DNA of 64,000 nucleotides from Dicyema japonicum. Taxonomy: Eukaryota > Animalia > Dicyemida. The stretch lies in the NCBI GenBank assembly GCA_011109175.1, contig RDEW01000003.1:1933761-1997760 (forward strand), read 5' to 3'. Of the stretch, positions 26,480 to 40,700 are shown piece after piece. The notes beneath the pieces were generated by a model. The model did no database searches. It saw only the letters and a list, made by a program, of their open reading frames with translations, and had not been told where the DNA came from. Every line of letters begins with the position of its first letter. Positions within the stretch are counted from its first letter, which is position 1. A program made the position numbers and the translations under genes.

Positions 26480-27540
26480 TAGGGCACAAATATGACCTAA
26501 AAATGATTGAAAAATGACCTCAAAAAACAACTTTTGAGACCTTAAAAATCAAGTATGACCTTATTAATTTCGTGAAGTTAATGTTTATAACTTAATTTTG
26601 TCAAATTTATTGAAACAAAGCATCAAATAATTTTTAACATTTTCAACATAAAATTTCTATCATTTTCGAGCATTTATTTTACATGGAAAAACTAGCCTTC
26701 GGGCGTCTGATGATATCGGATCTGAAGGTCGTGGGTTCAAATCCGAAAGATGGAGTTTTCAGCGAAGGTAAATTCTTGTCAAACAGGCGACGAGTCCTTC
26801 TGGCACGACACAGTTGTTAAAAGGGATCTTCCTACCTTTCTCCCTGACCAAATCCTCTAATGAAGATTGCATTATGATAACTATTCCGCTAAAAAATGAT
26901 GTGATGTCCGCGACGGTAGGACGTGGGACAAAATTGGAAGAGGGCGGACCTACTTCTCCGCCTCTCTTGGAAGCGGAAGCCTGTAATGAAGTATTGGAAG
27001 ATGGATTTGGTCGGCACAAGCAGATGTTCTCTCTTTGGTTCCTTCCTTGAATTAGTTAGTTATGACTGTTTGTGCTGGGCTTACAATGGTAAGTCTGGGG
27101 TTAATAATAATAATGGAAAAACTTCTTTCTACCAAAATAGTCAGGAAATGCGTTCTTAATTATGAGAGCACCCATCAGTTGTTAACTGTTAGTTTTTGCG
27201 TTAAATAGGATTGGTTTATTTAAAAAATAGTTGTTTCAGGACACTTCCATAAGTTTGCAAAAAATTCTGGACAAAACTCTTTTAATTTTGCATTTTTAAT
27301 TTCTTTTGATGGGAATTTAATTGTCCTTTTTTCAAGATATAATTTGATGTCACACGGATCCTGTTGAATTTTTATTGAATAATGATAAAAAATATCTTTG
27401 CATTTTCATATTTCCATAATAATTGGATGGTAGACAGAAATCAAATCTGCCAAATTTGACAGTTAAAATCCATTTGAAATTTTGATCATTAATATGACCA
27501 ATAAAGTAAGATATGACATATATGACTTTTGGTTGCCCTA
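26480..27540. mobile_element. Non-autonomous hAT-like element (MITE family A, opposite orientation)
   Basis: TAGGGC...GGTTGCCCTA termini; perfect 8-bp TSD CTCATCAC at 26472-26479 and 27541-27548. Confidence 0.85.
26694..27112 (+). mobile_element. tRNA-derived SINE (tRNA-Arg-like head)
   Basis: GCGTCTGA..TCGGATCTGAAGGTCGTGGGTTCAAATCC head with B box; (TAA)4 tail; 11-bp TSD ATGGAAAAACT at 26683-26693 and 27113-27123. Confidence 0.72.
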
Positions 27541-27549
27541 CTCATCACT

Positions 27550-27970
27550 TAAGTTATCTAAGACAGTGTGATATAATTTGGCTGAGGTGGTGACGTGCCT
27601 CAATTGCACGTATGTCTAAAGCACACCCTGGAGAAATCGCACTTATCAAAAACCAAGACCTATACACACTTTGTAAATCTAAGCACTTGGGTACAATTAT
27701 TACTAACACCCTATAGGAATATTTGGACACAGTATGGATGATGCCGTTCCTGCAACGAAGCCACAAACAACTTTGCCCTCAATAATGAAAATCGATCTGA
27801 AACATGTTAAAATGGTATCAGAAGACGCAAATGATCGAGACAGCCTCCGAAAAATCGCAATCTCAAGAAGAGCGTGAAGGAGTCTAACAAACCGGATCAT
27901 CGGGGGTGGTACAAGTGACGGGAAGGATATAACTATATTATTGCGAATCTGCATTATAATAATGTATAAC
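27550..27970 (+). mobile_element. RTE-like LINE 3' fragment
   Basis: KNQDLYTLCKSKHLGTII...KPQTTLPSIMKIDL...DSLRKIAISRRA, collinear with the family C-terminus. Confidence 0.6.
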
Positions 27971-28519
27971 CACGAATTATTGAATTTATTCCCTTTATTC
28001 ATCGATATCTTTCTCTCCTGTTAATTGATCTGAGGATGTGATGTTGTATTGCGTGAAGTGTCTATCTTCATGATGCGTGAAAATCCTTGACTTTCTAATT
28101 ATACTGAACATAACCTAGATTACGAACTCATAACACACTAAATCCTGAATGGATGAATTGTCAGATGCACTAAGTATTCAGGTTGGAATCCGGTCCAGTA
28201 CAAATCCATCAGAAGCAGTAGGCTCGATTCCTGCTACCTAGTTGGTCGATGGATTCCTTTCTGCTCTTATCAATTCCTAAGGACGCTCATCCACCTAACT
28301 CAGACGTTCGGCCGGAATCCGAAAAGGATCCCTCTCTTCGATACTACAGTGGAAGAATTCCTACAAATGGGGATATGGATGGATATGATGCTTGGAAAGG
28401 ATACGTCCCACTCCGACCGTGGTTTTGGTGCTTTGTCATATAAAGTACGAAACCAACCACTATGAAACAAAATTAATCCACTTTCATTTGCATCTTTCTT
28501 TACTACCTTATGTGTAATG

Positions 28520-28760
28520 CACGTGTACTTTATTTGTAGCACTTTCAAATCGAGAAAAAAATATGAAAAAGCCAAAATGTTTAAAAAAAGTAAGCTATTA
28601 GACAAAGTAGTCTTTACTCCTCTTGCTATGGAAACTTCCAGTGTCACAGGACCCACGGGGCTTACATTTCTGTGTCGAGTTGGGAATCTGATTTCTATAC
28701 GTTCTGGGAATTTCCATTCTAGCTAGTTTCGCTCGTTTTCGAGGATTGTGTAGTCAAGAC
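28520..28760 (+). mobile_element. CRE 3' fragment
   Basis: VFTPLAMETSSVTGPTGLTFLCRVGNLISIRSG. Confidence 0.7.
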
Positions 28761-29188
28761 ATCTACATTTATTTAGTTATCAAATCTTAATGGAGAATTT
28801 TTCAAAAATAATAGTTTTCAAAAATTGACGATGGTGGTCTTAAGCCATATAGTTGAAAAAGGATAAAGACCTTAAAACTTTAATACATCCATATTGATAA
28901 TAATAATTATTTATTGACCTTCAGGTTACTTATTATAACTTTCGATTTTACATTGAGATCCATCAGGTATATCTGCTGTGGAAATAAGGGTCAATCAGAA
29001 CAAGAGGAGAGTTGGCACGTTTTGTGGTCGTATGGAAGGTAAATAACCTTGTGAATCCGTATGGTGACGTCCAATTAAATTATTTAAATATATTATAAAA
29101 ATTATATTAATTATATAATTTAAATAAATAAATAACTATATCTAGTTGATTTAAAGCTGGCGGTGACTTTTACAACGTAAAATATGAG

Positions 29189-32100
29189 ATGCATATAAAA
29201 AAATTGCTTGCGACAATTTTAAATGAATTCGCCAAAAATGACATCAATCTCCAGGTAAAAGCGGGACTACATCTATTCGAAGTCCTGAGTTGTTTGCATG
29301 TGGATTTTTCCGATAAAGAACTTAGACGTATAATCAACGGAATTTACATTTATATCAATAAAATGTTGACTGATGAAAATACAAGTACTGGCCCCATTAT
29401 TGGCCTCAGTTCTGTTTTATTATAACATTATAGTGATTTTGCTTGAGTTTGACCTTAACGTGGATGATCTGGCAATCAAAATTATATATTACATGCGTTT
29501 TCTGTTGCGAGATTTGAGTAGAATCGACTTGTACATAATTTCCGTTGCTTATTCGATCATTGCTGAGAGAATTTCTTTAAAGTTTTGCGATAATTTACTC
29601 GACTTTGACGTTAAATTGCACATTGAGTATCTTTACTATGGAACGTCTTCAAAAAGACGAGGATCTGTTTCTTGTTGGCTTACATTGTAGGCAATACTTC
29701 TTAATGAGCTCACTAAAGTCGACATGTACAGTTTTATTTCATATTTTGATACCATTTTGTTTGTTCTCCTCCATGCTCTTAATGATAAATCAGTATATTT
29801 GTCTTGTTATTGCAGAGTGATACTAGAGATCATGTAAAAGTGTTATTGATTAGGTTTGTTACTATAATTGCGGATTATGAACTCAGTCTACCTGACTTAG
29901 AGTCCAACGTTAAGGTCATTTAAGACTTATTTTTAGAAATTTGTAAATTTTTTAGCCATCAAGATGAGTGAAAAATCAAATGGAAATTTGAAATTAAATC
30001 TTCTAATAGCTTTGAAGGCTGTAATGCTAATATCTCATCCTCTCAATGTGTGCTGTTCAGTTTACCTTAGGCTGATTTTTCTAATATCTGTGAAATGTTC
30101 AGGGAGCCCCCAAAACGTCAAAACTTTGATTCTCTGCCCTTCAGTGTTTGTTGGTAGTCTAATTTTAGCTTAAATCACCCATTCTCGACCTAGATGAAGA
30201 ATTCTATGATTTCTTCTATCGTGGGAAGTATCTCTCCAAGTTTATTGAATCGGATATCCCAGGAAAGGAAACCAAATTATGTGAATCAGCCTGTTAGTGA
30301 AGTTAAGTCACTGTAGTGAAGTTAAGTCACTTTATTGGCTCAGAATATTCAAGACTATTCTAAACTAGTAAGATTTGACTAACATTCTGATCTTTGATGG
30401 ACTTGTGAGCATTTTTAAGCATCCCATAGAAGAATCAACCGCAATGGCTTTATTTGATTGTCTCCCCCATGTAATGAGCATGTCTAAGGACTATTTTGCC
30501 AGCACGTTGGTTTGCTTTCTAATATTAGATGTCTCAATGACTCAATCAGTCTGCTTTACCAATACGTCTACACTGGAAAAGACCAATCCCAGCTTGCTAT
30601 CGAATGTCTCTCACATTTTGTATTCCTGAGAAGAATGATTTTCTTGGGTTTAATAAGATGAAAATGGTATATAACGATGTTTTGTCCAAAATACCATGGT
30701 TGTGAGTATGTCTGAAGTTTAGTAAAATGACTATTATTCCTGTCTGTTTATTCACCTTGGCTATGAACGAAATGTCATGCATCACTTTCCTTAAGAGATT
30801 TTCCAGTGATAGACTAGATGTGGATATGACGTATATTGTTTGATTTGTTTGTAGCTATGAGTATATCCAATTTTTCAGAAAAACATCCAAATTGTTCCCA
30901 AAGTCATTTACTAGTATTTTCAATCAGTATTTGCTAAATTTCGTTGGGGAGACCTTTCCAAGTTGCAAATCATTTTCCCAGTTTCTAATTGGGGATAGTA
31001 TATGTGGTCATTTAGATACGCCTAAACAATCAATCTCAGAAATTGATATAATAACTGCTCTTCAAATAATGGAAATGTTCGATACATCACGTTTGTGTAT
31101 TATATAATGTCAGACTATCAGTCCATTGAAATTTTCATACTTTCAGATAGACTCCTCAAAGATAAGAGTTACTCCTACAACCTGCACTATCAACTCATTC
31201 AGACATGCCTTTGCAAATTTATATCATTTTATGTTCTTACATTCTAAATATTATTAGAATTCTTCTGGATTATAAAATTCCTCTACTATCGAGAAGTATT
31301 TTGAGTCAATACTCAGTACAATATCCATATTTGAAGGTTTGTTTATTTAATTATAAGATATTAACATTAAGGTCAATATATTCACAATCCTCACATCAGA
31401 GAAAAGATTGGATGACCTGTTTGCTCTCAAACCATCCCTTACTATTCTTATGTCTCTGTACTACGAACCTTCATACAAATTAAAGGAAATCATTTGCAGT
31501 CTTTTGTGTAGACTCAATAAAATCACTCCTTTTTTTATTGGGGGGATGATTAGACAAATTATTATCCCTGTATCATATTATTTCATTTCTAGCTTGTAGA
31601 GGACTTTAGTTATTCGATCTGTTTGCCGAAAACCTATTGTAATGCTCGGCTGTTGTACCAATTATTTTATTTTCACAAAGAAGTAAGAGTCATTGTGAAT
31701 CAGCCACAGTATGTAACCAAGGTACTTTTATTTCTATAGTTTAGACAATCATATCAAGAATAGAGGCTGTGAATGGTAATCCTGCAATCACAATTATGCT
31801 CCTTATTTTGCTTATTAAAGTCTCGGAAGTTTACTTTGTTAAAATTTAGGTTTCTATAATACTCACTCATTCCGAAATTGATAGAATAGTTCAGATTTGT
31901 TTCATCATTCTCACGAACATTCAACGACAACAACAAATTGTTGGTAATCACTGTAATAGTCTAGATTCTTGTTAAATGCATCAGGAGACTCATAACTACC
32001 ACAGGATATGTCCCACAATCATTTAGTGATGATTTCTCATATCTAAACACTATTCTTGTATTGCTTCTTAATTGTAACTTACGTGGTCTGGAAATTGAGG

Positions 32101-35100
32101 TTCACCTTTTTGTAACTCAAAGATCACAAAACTGTTGGGAGTAGTAGGGTCTATTTGTCCCGATAAAGTAAATGTGTTCATGTCTATTAATGACCAAAGT
32201 GAAGTTACTTTTAGTGAATTTGTTGGTGATAGTCCCATTGTAGCAAGTAAGGGAAACAGTGGTCTCGGCAAGGGTATATCTCATTTGTTACTCAAGAATT
32301 TACAATAAGCATGGATTTATTATCTGACTGTGTTTTCTCTGAGTCAACTGATTATTTCAACTCTGTTTGCATCAAAATCTTACTGAAAATTTTGAGAGAA
32401 ATTAGATGTTCTAAGACGGACTGCAATAATATTATTGATGTGCTAACACTGGCTACACAGATGATGGGAATCAAATCTGCCTGTTACCTTGACGAGATTA
32501 TTAAATTATTGATAATAATCTTAAACTACAACACAGAGTTTACAATTATTGTCTATTATTTTTTAATATTGTAGGCTGCTCTTAAATATTTGACTTTTTT
32601 ATACGAGACTTGTAATTTTCACATGAAGGACTACACTCTTGATATAATCGATGTTTTAAGGGTTTATTGTCTTAAATATTGTAGAATCTATCTAATGACA
32701 ATCCTACTAGAATGAAGGTTATAATTGAGATTGCTGACAGGATTATCACCCTTTTTGGGAATGATGAATTAATAAACTTTAAACTAATAAAATTGATAGC
32801 CGACATTATATTGAAGAATTTTACTAACTTTTATATCGAATTCCTTATTATGGTAATTATTCTTATTATTAAAGACTCTGAAATTTGTACAGCAAGTCCT
32901 CATTGATGTTACCAAAACTAACATAATTACGGATATTTTAATTATTATTGACTCTCAATCTGTCTCAGAGATTGTTAAAATGTTTGTTTGGGAATAACTC
33001 TTAGAGAATCTATGAAAGCTATTGTATCCATTCTCTACAGATCAAATAGTCCTGATTATTCTGGGCCAATAGTCCGAATGTTTCTAACAAAGTACATAAG
33101 AGTTGACTCTCCTGCCCTTCATAGTACTGCTGTAATGGCTTTGCAAGTCCTCGCTTATATTTCTGGGAGATCATTTGCTTCCCTCCTCCCACATTTAAGT
33201 GATTGTGTTTCGAAAAACTATATTACTCAAGAACAGGGGAATCTTATAAAGGCTGCTTCGCTCGGAAATATTAAAAGTATCATAATTATATAGTACTTAG
33301 ATTTTCCTGACTTTTTGATTCATAATCAAGACAATTTCCCTCAAAGTGTCATTGAACCATTTCCAGACTATCAAAAAATATCAGCCAACGATGTCTATGA
33401 TGTGATTATTATTTTTATTCTTAGAGTATATCTAAAATTGATCTTAGTGATCTAAACAATTGGATGAAAAATTTTGTCAGTACAACTGTTAAGTCATGCA
33501 ATTCTATTCTCATTAATCAATGTTATGGACTTGTTCCATTGCATCCCATCATTTCAAAGTTATATAATACTAATAAGCAACAGAGATCTGTTTTTCTGTG
33601 CCTTCGTTTCCATTTGGTCTGACTCATGCTCCTGTTGGGATAAAATGATGGTCTTGTTGGAAAATATCTTAAGACGTCCCCTTGTCTATGATATTCACTC
33701 ATACATTTTGGATCTTGTTGAATATTTTGAACGCTATTTTTATGTTATTTTACTTATCATTTGGCAGAATAAATGCTCTATTCCCACATCACTGTTGTGC
33801 AAAGTAGCCTACGATTGTCAGGACTTTACAAAGGCTTTATATTACGGTGAGATGTCGTTCACTACTGAAGAGAGTGTGGAAATTTTGTGCAAGTAATGTT
33901 TTGTGTGACTATTAGTTTATATAATTTACTCGATCTTCCTGCTGCAGTGAGTGGAGTATTGTTAGATTTATCTGATCGGAAGTACCAACATAGACTTACT
34001 GGACAATGGTATGAACAGATTGGAGAGTGGGAGTCAGCTTTGAAGGAGTACAAAAAGGACAATAGTGAAGAGTCCATCGTTGGTTATTTAAGATGTCTAT
34101 TAAATCTTGGTTACTGGTTTTCATTATTATTATTTGTTAGGGAACAATTGGAGACTGAGATTGAATATTACCTTAATATCATATCAAGTGATTATAAATT
34201 GTCAGCCATTGGATCACTTACATTATGGGAGTTGGGAAAGTGGAAAATATTCGATAATTATACTGAAAAATTACCCTTTAACACTCCCGAGAGAGCATTC
34301 TACTTAGCAGTGGGATCAATTGCTAAGAATGAATATGAGTCTGCCCTTCATGTACTCTATTATACTATTTTAGTTTATTGATCTCCATGATGAACATTTA
34401 TCTAATCAACTAAAGTCTTATTCCTTTGATATGATATACCACTTGCGTAAAGTTTATGTTAGTCTTACCACCAGGGTCTTTTTGAGGCACAATTGTCCAC
34501 TGAACTAAGGGAAGTCGTTGGGGTACTAACAAATAAGCAAGACAGACGTATTGTAACTTCTCTCTGGAAAGACCGCCTTGTCGTAAGTTTAGTTTATGAC
34601 TTATAGAATAACCAAAAATCCCAACGGGAGGTTCACCAACTGAATTTGGTGCGGTCATTTGTTTATGACACGGATGCTGACTCTATTGGACTTTATGATT
34701 TTACTAGAACATGTCTAAACTCCCCTAAATTCTCACTTACTGAAAGATATGTCAAAAAGTTATTTCAATGCGATGATTTAAACAAAATATCCTACATTCG
34801 TTATGACCCAGAGTTGATACTCTTTCTTAGTATTTATTTATATGAAAATAACTCTAAAGTACATTTTATTACAAATGCAGGATAAAGCCTACTCTTCACT
34901 ACTATTTTATATTAAAAGTGAGGTTTTCTATCAGCAACTTAACGAAAATCAGTCTGACAGTTTCAAAGTTGACAATTTCGTCAGGTTTATCCACAATCTT
35001 TAAATTAGACTTATAAATTACTTTGTAATCCTCCATGAACGAATTTACGGAATAAATAGTACTTCTATAAAGCCTGTGCTCAACCTCCTTGATGATTTTA

Positions 35101-37493
35101 TGAATAAAATTTATTCAAAGAAATGTTCTTCTAGTGACATTTATGAGGTATATGTGACTTGGTATTGTAGTTATGGCACAATTATGCTCGTTATAACTAT
35201 GAGGCGATGCATGTCACAGATTCTCCATGTTCTGTTGTTTATTTACTTTATTTGTAGGAAGATCAAGTTTTGAGGTTCTGTGTTAATGCGTTGGAAGGAT
35301 TTCTCAAGACTATTCCTCATGCTGAGACGAGTGATATGACTCTTCAACATATTCTCAGGTATTATATTGGCCACATGTTCACAGATTTATAATGTTGTGG
35401 TTTAAATATGCCTCTTACCCCCCAGTTCGCACGTGTATGAATCATGCATTACAAATGATACATATTGATAATTGGTTACTCGTACTGCCTCAACTCATTT
35501 CGATGATTGACAAAGATGTTGCTACGGTTACGAATACAATAAGCAATCTTCTAATCCTGATTGGTCTGGCTCATCCTCAGGCTGTATTTTACCACCTTAT
35601 AATGCCCCTCAAATCAGGCGTTGATGTCAAAGCTGAAATGGCAATGAAAGTGCTTCGTTCAGTCCATCTTTCCAATCCAAAACTAAAATCTGACATTATC
35701 ATGGTGGTTATAGTAATTACAAAGATGGCTGATGAGCTGATTAGAATTGGATTGACTTGGGAAGAGGTTTGGTATGAAGGTCTCGATGAAGCGTTTTCTA
35801 TGTACACTTCAGAACAAAATATTGAAGTTTAACTATTCTGTAATTGTAGGGAATGCTGGAAATATTTAAAAGTTTATATGAAATGATAGACCGTGGACCT
35901 GCTACTGACTATGAAAGACAGTTTATGAGTTATTACGGTCATCGATTGTCTCAGGCAAGACGCTATTTGGACTCTTATAATGATCGTCCGTCTGATGACT
36001 GTCTCTCTAAAGCATGGAACATTTATTTGGACATTTCTAGTGACCTTAGCAGAGGAATACAACAGGTTGTTATTCTGGTAGCTATTACAGCTCATTACTC
36101 TTCATTTGGGTAGAGTGTCCCCAAAGTTGTTTAGAACATCTGGTCTTCAGGTTGTTGTCCCAGGGACATACAAACCTGGCGAAGAACTAGTGTTGATACA
36201 TGGATTTTTGGACGAAGTCAGAATAATTCCAACAAAACGTAGACCTAGAAGGATTACTATGATTGGTGGTCACTTTTTTACATTTCAGGCTCTGATGGAA
36301 ATAACTACGAGTTCTTACTTAAAGGTCATGAGGATTTAAGACAGGATGAGCGTGTCGTTCAATTCTTATCACTAATAAATGCTATTTTACGAAAGAAATG
36401 TGATTTGAAGGGAGAATATTTGTATTTGATTACATTACATTAGAATTGTGAATTTTGCAGTCATCCCCTTTCTCACAATTCTGGACTCATTCAATTTGTT
36501 CCCCAAACTGACACAATTCAGAGTCTCATTAAAGAATACAGATGTAAACAGAAAAAGACTAAATCCAATAATGAAAGTAAATTACTGGCAATGGTTGGTG
36601 CTTACTTATTTCAGATGTCCCATAATCGATTTGAATATTTGGGGGGTTTGTTGAGAATGGAAGTGTTTGACAGAGTGATGCAGAATACTTCAGGGACTGA
36701 CTTGGCTTCAATCTTTTGGTTAAAAAGCAATAATTCTCAAGTTATTGGTGATTGTAATGTAGACGTGGTTCTTTCGTAAACAAAACTTTATTCAGTCATT
36801 TGCATTCATGTCCATTGTCGGATATGTCCTTGGATTGGGGGATAGGTACTCACTTAGTTATTTTAGACATCCTCTTAATATTATGATACAGAGAAAGACT
36901 GGAAATGTCGTACACATTGATTTCGGTGATTGCTTTGAAGTGGCAATGATGAGGGATCATTTTCCCGAGACTGTTCCATTCAGACTCACTCGAATGTGTG
37001 TTCTTGCCATGGATGTTCTTGATAATATTATTCTAAGGCTGGGGGCGTTCGTGGTTCTTTTCTCGACCGTTGTATATACATGATGAAACTCGTGAGAGAA
37101 AACAAGGATAGTTTGATGGCAGTATTCGAGTCTTTTATTCATGACCCATTGGTGGCTTGGAGACTTAGCAAATGTATGGATTTGTGCTTAATAGTAGTGA
37201 ACCTCAGTCTGGCTCCCTCTCATTTGTCGTGTACAGGTTATTTCATTATATATTTCAGAGCAACAAGACCAACAGACTGACTATCCCGAACACTTTATTA
37301 ATAGAGTAAAACAAAAACTGACGGGTATTGGATGTTCTTCACTCTAGGGACTGACTTGATTGAGAACGAGCGCATGAATGCTGATAAACAAGTTCAGTTA
37401 CTAATAGAGCAGGCTACTTCTATTTTTAATTTGTCTCAAATGTATATCGGATGGTTTACTAGTAATTTAATCTTTAGGTGTCCTTTTTGGTGA
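29189..37493 (+). CDS. TOR: Serine/threonine kinase TOR, many 20-30 nt introns
   Basis: N-terminal HEAT ([11 protein letters not shown]...RR..AILLNEL), FAT, FRB ([14 protein letters not shown]), kinase ([46 protein letters not shown]) and FATC (QMYIGWCPFW, stop 37491-37493). Fourteen introns of 21-26 nt traced in 35359-37477. One 1-nt lesion at about 36468. Confidence 0.95.
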
Positions 37494-37559
37494 TATATTT
37501 AAATATAATATACATTTTTATGTGTGATGAATGTTCTATGTAATTGACTTGTTTTAAAA

Positions 37560-38420
37560 TAATTTTTTATTATTATTAAGCACTTTCGCGATCCATGGGT
37601 CATGACAAATTTTGTGCAGCACAGGAAACAAGAGTTGTTAATTTCTTCCATTTCCCCCTTTCCTGGGCAACATCCCATAAAATGTCAAGGTCGTCCCCGT
37701 CTTTTAATTGTTTCCCCACTCTCATAAGGTCTCTAGCGTAACTGGGAGACTATTTTTCGGGCGCCCCCTGAAGCGAGGTCCGTCAGCTTCGAAATAGTCC
37801 TCCATGTCAGTATTTGCTGGTGCCTCCAAATTCATTCTTAGAATGTGTCCGAATAGTCTCCACCTGCATGCCGTTATTTCTAGTGAGATAGGTTTGCTTG
37901 ATGTCCTGGTATAAACTACTTTGCTTCTGAGCCTTGAATGCCATGCTACGTCGAAGCTGATCTTTATGGAACGCTTTAGCCAGTTTTCCTTTAGGCTGCG
38001 TAGTGCACTGTTTCCATGTGTTTTTCGCATAATTACGTCTTGTTCATCTCCCAATAACGATCCGAGTTTTTTTACTTTTCTCCAATGTTCATCCAGCTTG
38101 GATTTTTGTCTGATTACGATTGATTGAGGAATTCTGTGAGGACATCCATCAATTTCTGACGCTTGATTGACTCAAAAGCTCTTTACATATCGATTCCAAG
38201 AATGTTTGTCGCGTTTTGTGGAACAACGCCATCTATGGCTCCACACAATGTCAGAAACCGCTGTGGAACTCGGATAAAAATTGTTCCGTACGAGGCTTAC
38301 CCTTTGTAGAGTAATAATTGCAAGCACTTTCGTATACTGTTCATAAAAATAACTGGCCTGAAGTTCTCCACTTTTCCCATAGCTTTGTTTTGTTCTTTGT
38401 ATTCCCACTTTTGCGTTAAG
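37560..38420 (-). mobile_element. RTE-like LINE lacking the RT core
   Basis: DIVWSHRW, ILGIDM*RAFESIKRQKLMDVLTEFLN joined to KSKLDEHWRKVKKLGSLLGDEQD; RWRLFGHILRM; (TAA)n tail at about 37565. Confidence 0.8.
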
Positions 38421-38689
38421 GTCGCAGATGACAGTTATGTGTAAAAGTTCAGAGTAAACCTCAGAGACACAGTAGAACAGGTCTATCTGAGTAGGGTCTT
38501 TTTCAATCCATCCACTGTGGGGTACCTACGTTTATGGTGGATAGTAAACTTTTAGATGGGCAGAGCTTGTTCATACAAATCTGAAGTGCTCAAATTCGGT
38601 CGTTTATGCTCCAATAGCGGTGAATCATTGTCTCTGCTTTTTCTTTATCAAATATGACTGATAAACAAAATTGGAAAATTCAAAAACCC

Positions 38690-39715
38690 TTTAAAAATTT
38701 TTAGCTACCAAAGTTATGTAAATATAATAATTCTAAAAAAGCATGGATGGATTCCAAGTTATTCAATACATTTTTGTTTGAATCGGATTTCAAGTTGGCT
38801 CTAGCGCAATACTACTCGTAATTGACCAATGTCCATCTCACAAGATTTTTACAAATTTACAACAAGTTGAAATAATGTTTTTACCGCCAAATGCTTCATG
38901 TTTTTACAGTCGATAGACCACAGATTATTAAGATATTCAAAACGCTATTCAATAATTTTACATTTCTTGAAATTAGTGAAAAAATAGATAATTTTATTAA
39001 CATAAAAAACTCGTTACTAATTAAAAAACTTAAGCATCTGAATGGCCATGCTATTTCCCCTAACAATAGCCAACGAGATACGTTCTCGGAACCAACCAAT
39101 CTCTCGCGGATCCTTGGTCACAGCTTGAATCATGGAGCCGATCTTACGAACCAACTCAGAAAATCATGTAATGAAATAAACCTTAAGGATGCAAGCTAAA
39201 TAGTACAACGATACTGTTTTCGACATGCTAAATGGACCCAAGATTTTATTGAAGAAATGAATGACGAGTTTTCGCCTGAACTTATCAAAATTTAGTATCA
39301 AGACTGCAAATAAATGATCCAATTCCAAAAGATGAGTTTCTTTTCTATGAGAATACAGAGAATGAAAAGATCCTGGAAAATTTGGATGAAGAATGCATTA
39401 ATGACGGAGAACAAAAGAAGGAACAAGTCGTTTTAGACTACGATGCAGAAGGAATGAAGTTAACTTAAATGTCTTCAATCACTTAGTAGAGACATCAAAA
39501 CAAATTTTAAAACGAGAATAACTAATTATTTTAAAGGAAATTTATGTTTTAATTTTTTAATTATTCTTTAAAATTTTTAATAAAATAATTTTTTAACAAA
39601 GAACTTTAAAATTAAAAAATAAATTTTATTAATTTATAAAAAAATTCAAATTTGCCTTTCGAATCCGCCGTAATTTCCCAAGTCCCAAATCTGGAGGATT
39701 CGAGAGGTTTTACTG
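38690..39715 (+). mobile_element. pogo/Tigger DNA transposon remnant
   Basis: AWMDSKLF...ILLVIDQCPSH DDE motif near 38741-38860; right end ...GGTTTTACTG followed by TA at 39716-39717. Confidence 0.6.
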
Positions 39716-39949
39716 TAAATAATTTATAGAAAATTATAACAATGTAGCCACGTGGTTAATTGACAGGAAGGTTTAGGTGGTGAAGTCCTTATTGCAAGAA
39801 ATGTTTACTTAGCTTTATGAGGGATGAGAGCTCTCCTTCTTCTCTTGAAGATAACGAGGTAACTAACTTGAGAGACATTGGAAACCTGATTTTAGAACAG
39901 AGGAACTGTGACAGGAAGATTCAAGTGGTGTCTTCCAAGTTCTCTACCA

Positions 39950-40700
39950 TTATCCTGTAGTCAGATCGCTTTTTTTAGTACTCTGGGTTCTGATGTTACT
40001 AATTAACGAGTCACTCCATAACTCAAAGTCTTTAAGGAATCGTTTGACTCTACACCATCACAGAGAAATCCTGAAAAAGAATTTCTTAGTCCCGTGTTCA
40101 TTCATATTTAGCTTTAGAGAGTCTGTACCTAAGCAATTGGTTGGACCAATATTCACTATTGGGACTAGTAGACCATGCTAATGAGTGAAAGTAACAACTA
40201 AGTATTTGGGGTAGAGAGAAAATGTTCTCCAATTCTTGAGAGAACAATAGTGGGGGATGAAAATAAGTTTCATATTACCTTAGTTGTGACTGAAAGCTGA
40301 TTTCCTTTAATCTTTGTGATAAATTCAATGGTTGATATATCAAGCTCTTTTCTTCGACAGCTATCAACACCCCCAAAAATAAAGATGTTAAACACATCTA
40401 TTGAGTGACTCCAGCTTATAGTAAAAACTCCATTCCTTTTTTTTAATGATCCTTATCAATCCAACAATTCCGGGATTCTAAAGATCTTGGTCAAAGGACA
40501 CTCAGCCACAACGCTAACTTGTCTAATTCATCTCCAACGGCCTAAATACCCCCACCAATTTGTAGTTGACTAAACTCATATACTATCGTATGGGAAAAGT
40601 GGTTATAATGCCACGGATGGTCGTATTCTCTACAGATATTTAACGTGTTTCTCATTGATCTCTCTTCTCAATTACCAAAAATTCAGTTTTTTTTATCGTA
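39950..40700 (-). mobile_element. Degraded LINE RT fragment
   Basis: Remnants resembling AYDTVWH and PKYL.VT; many stops. Confidence 0.38.

Noticed and set aside
28880-29070. Possible snRNA, spliced-leader RNA or small spliced gene upstream of TOR
   Set aside because: Some GT-AG-like segments, but no open frame and no match to U1/U2/SL consensus or a clear Sm site.
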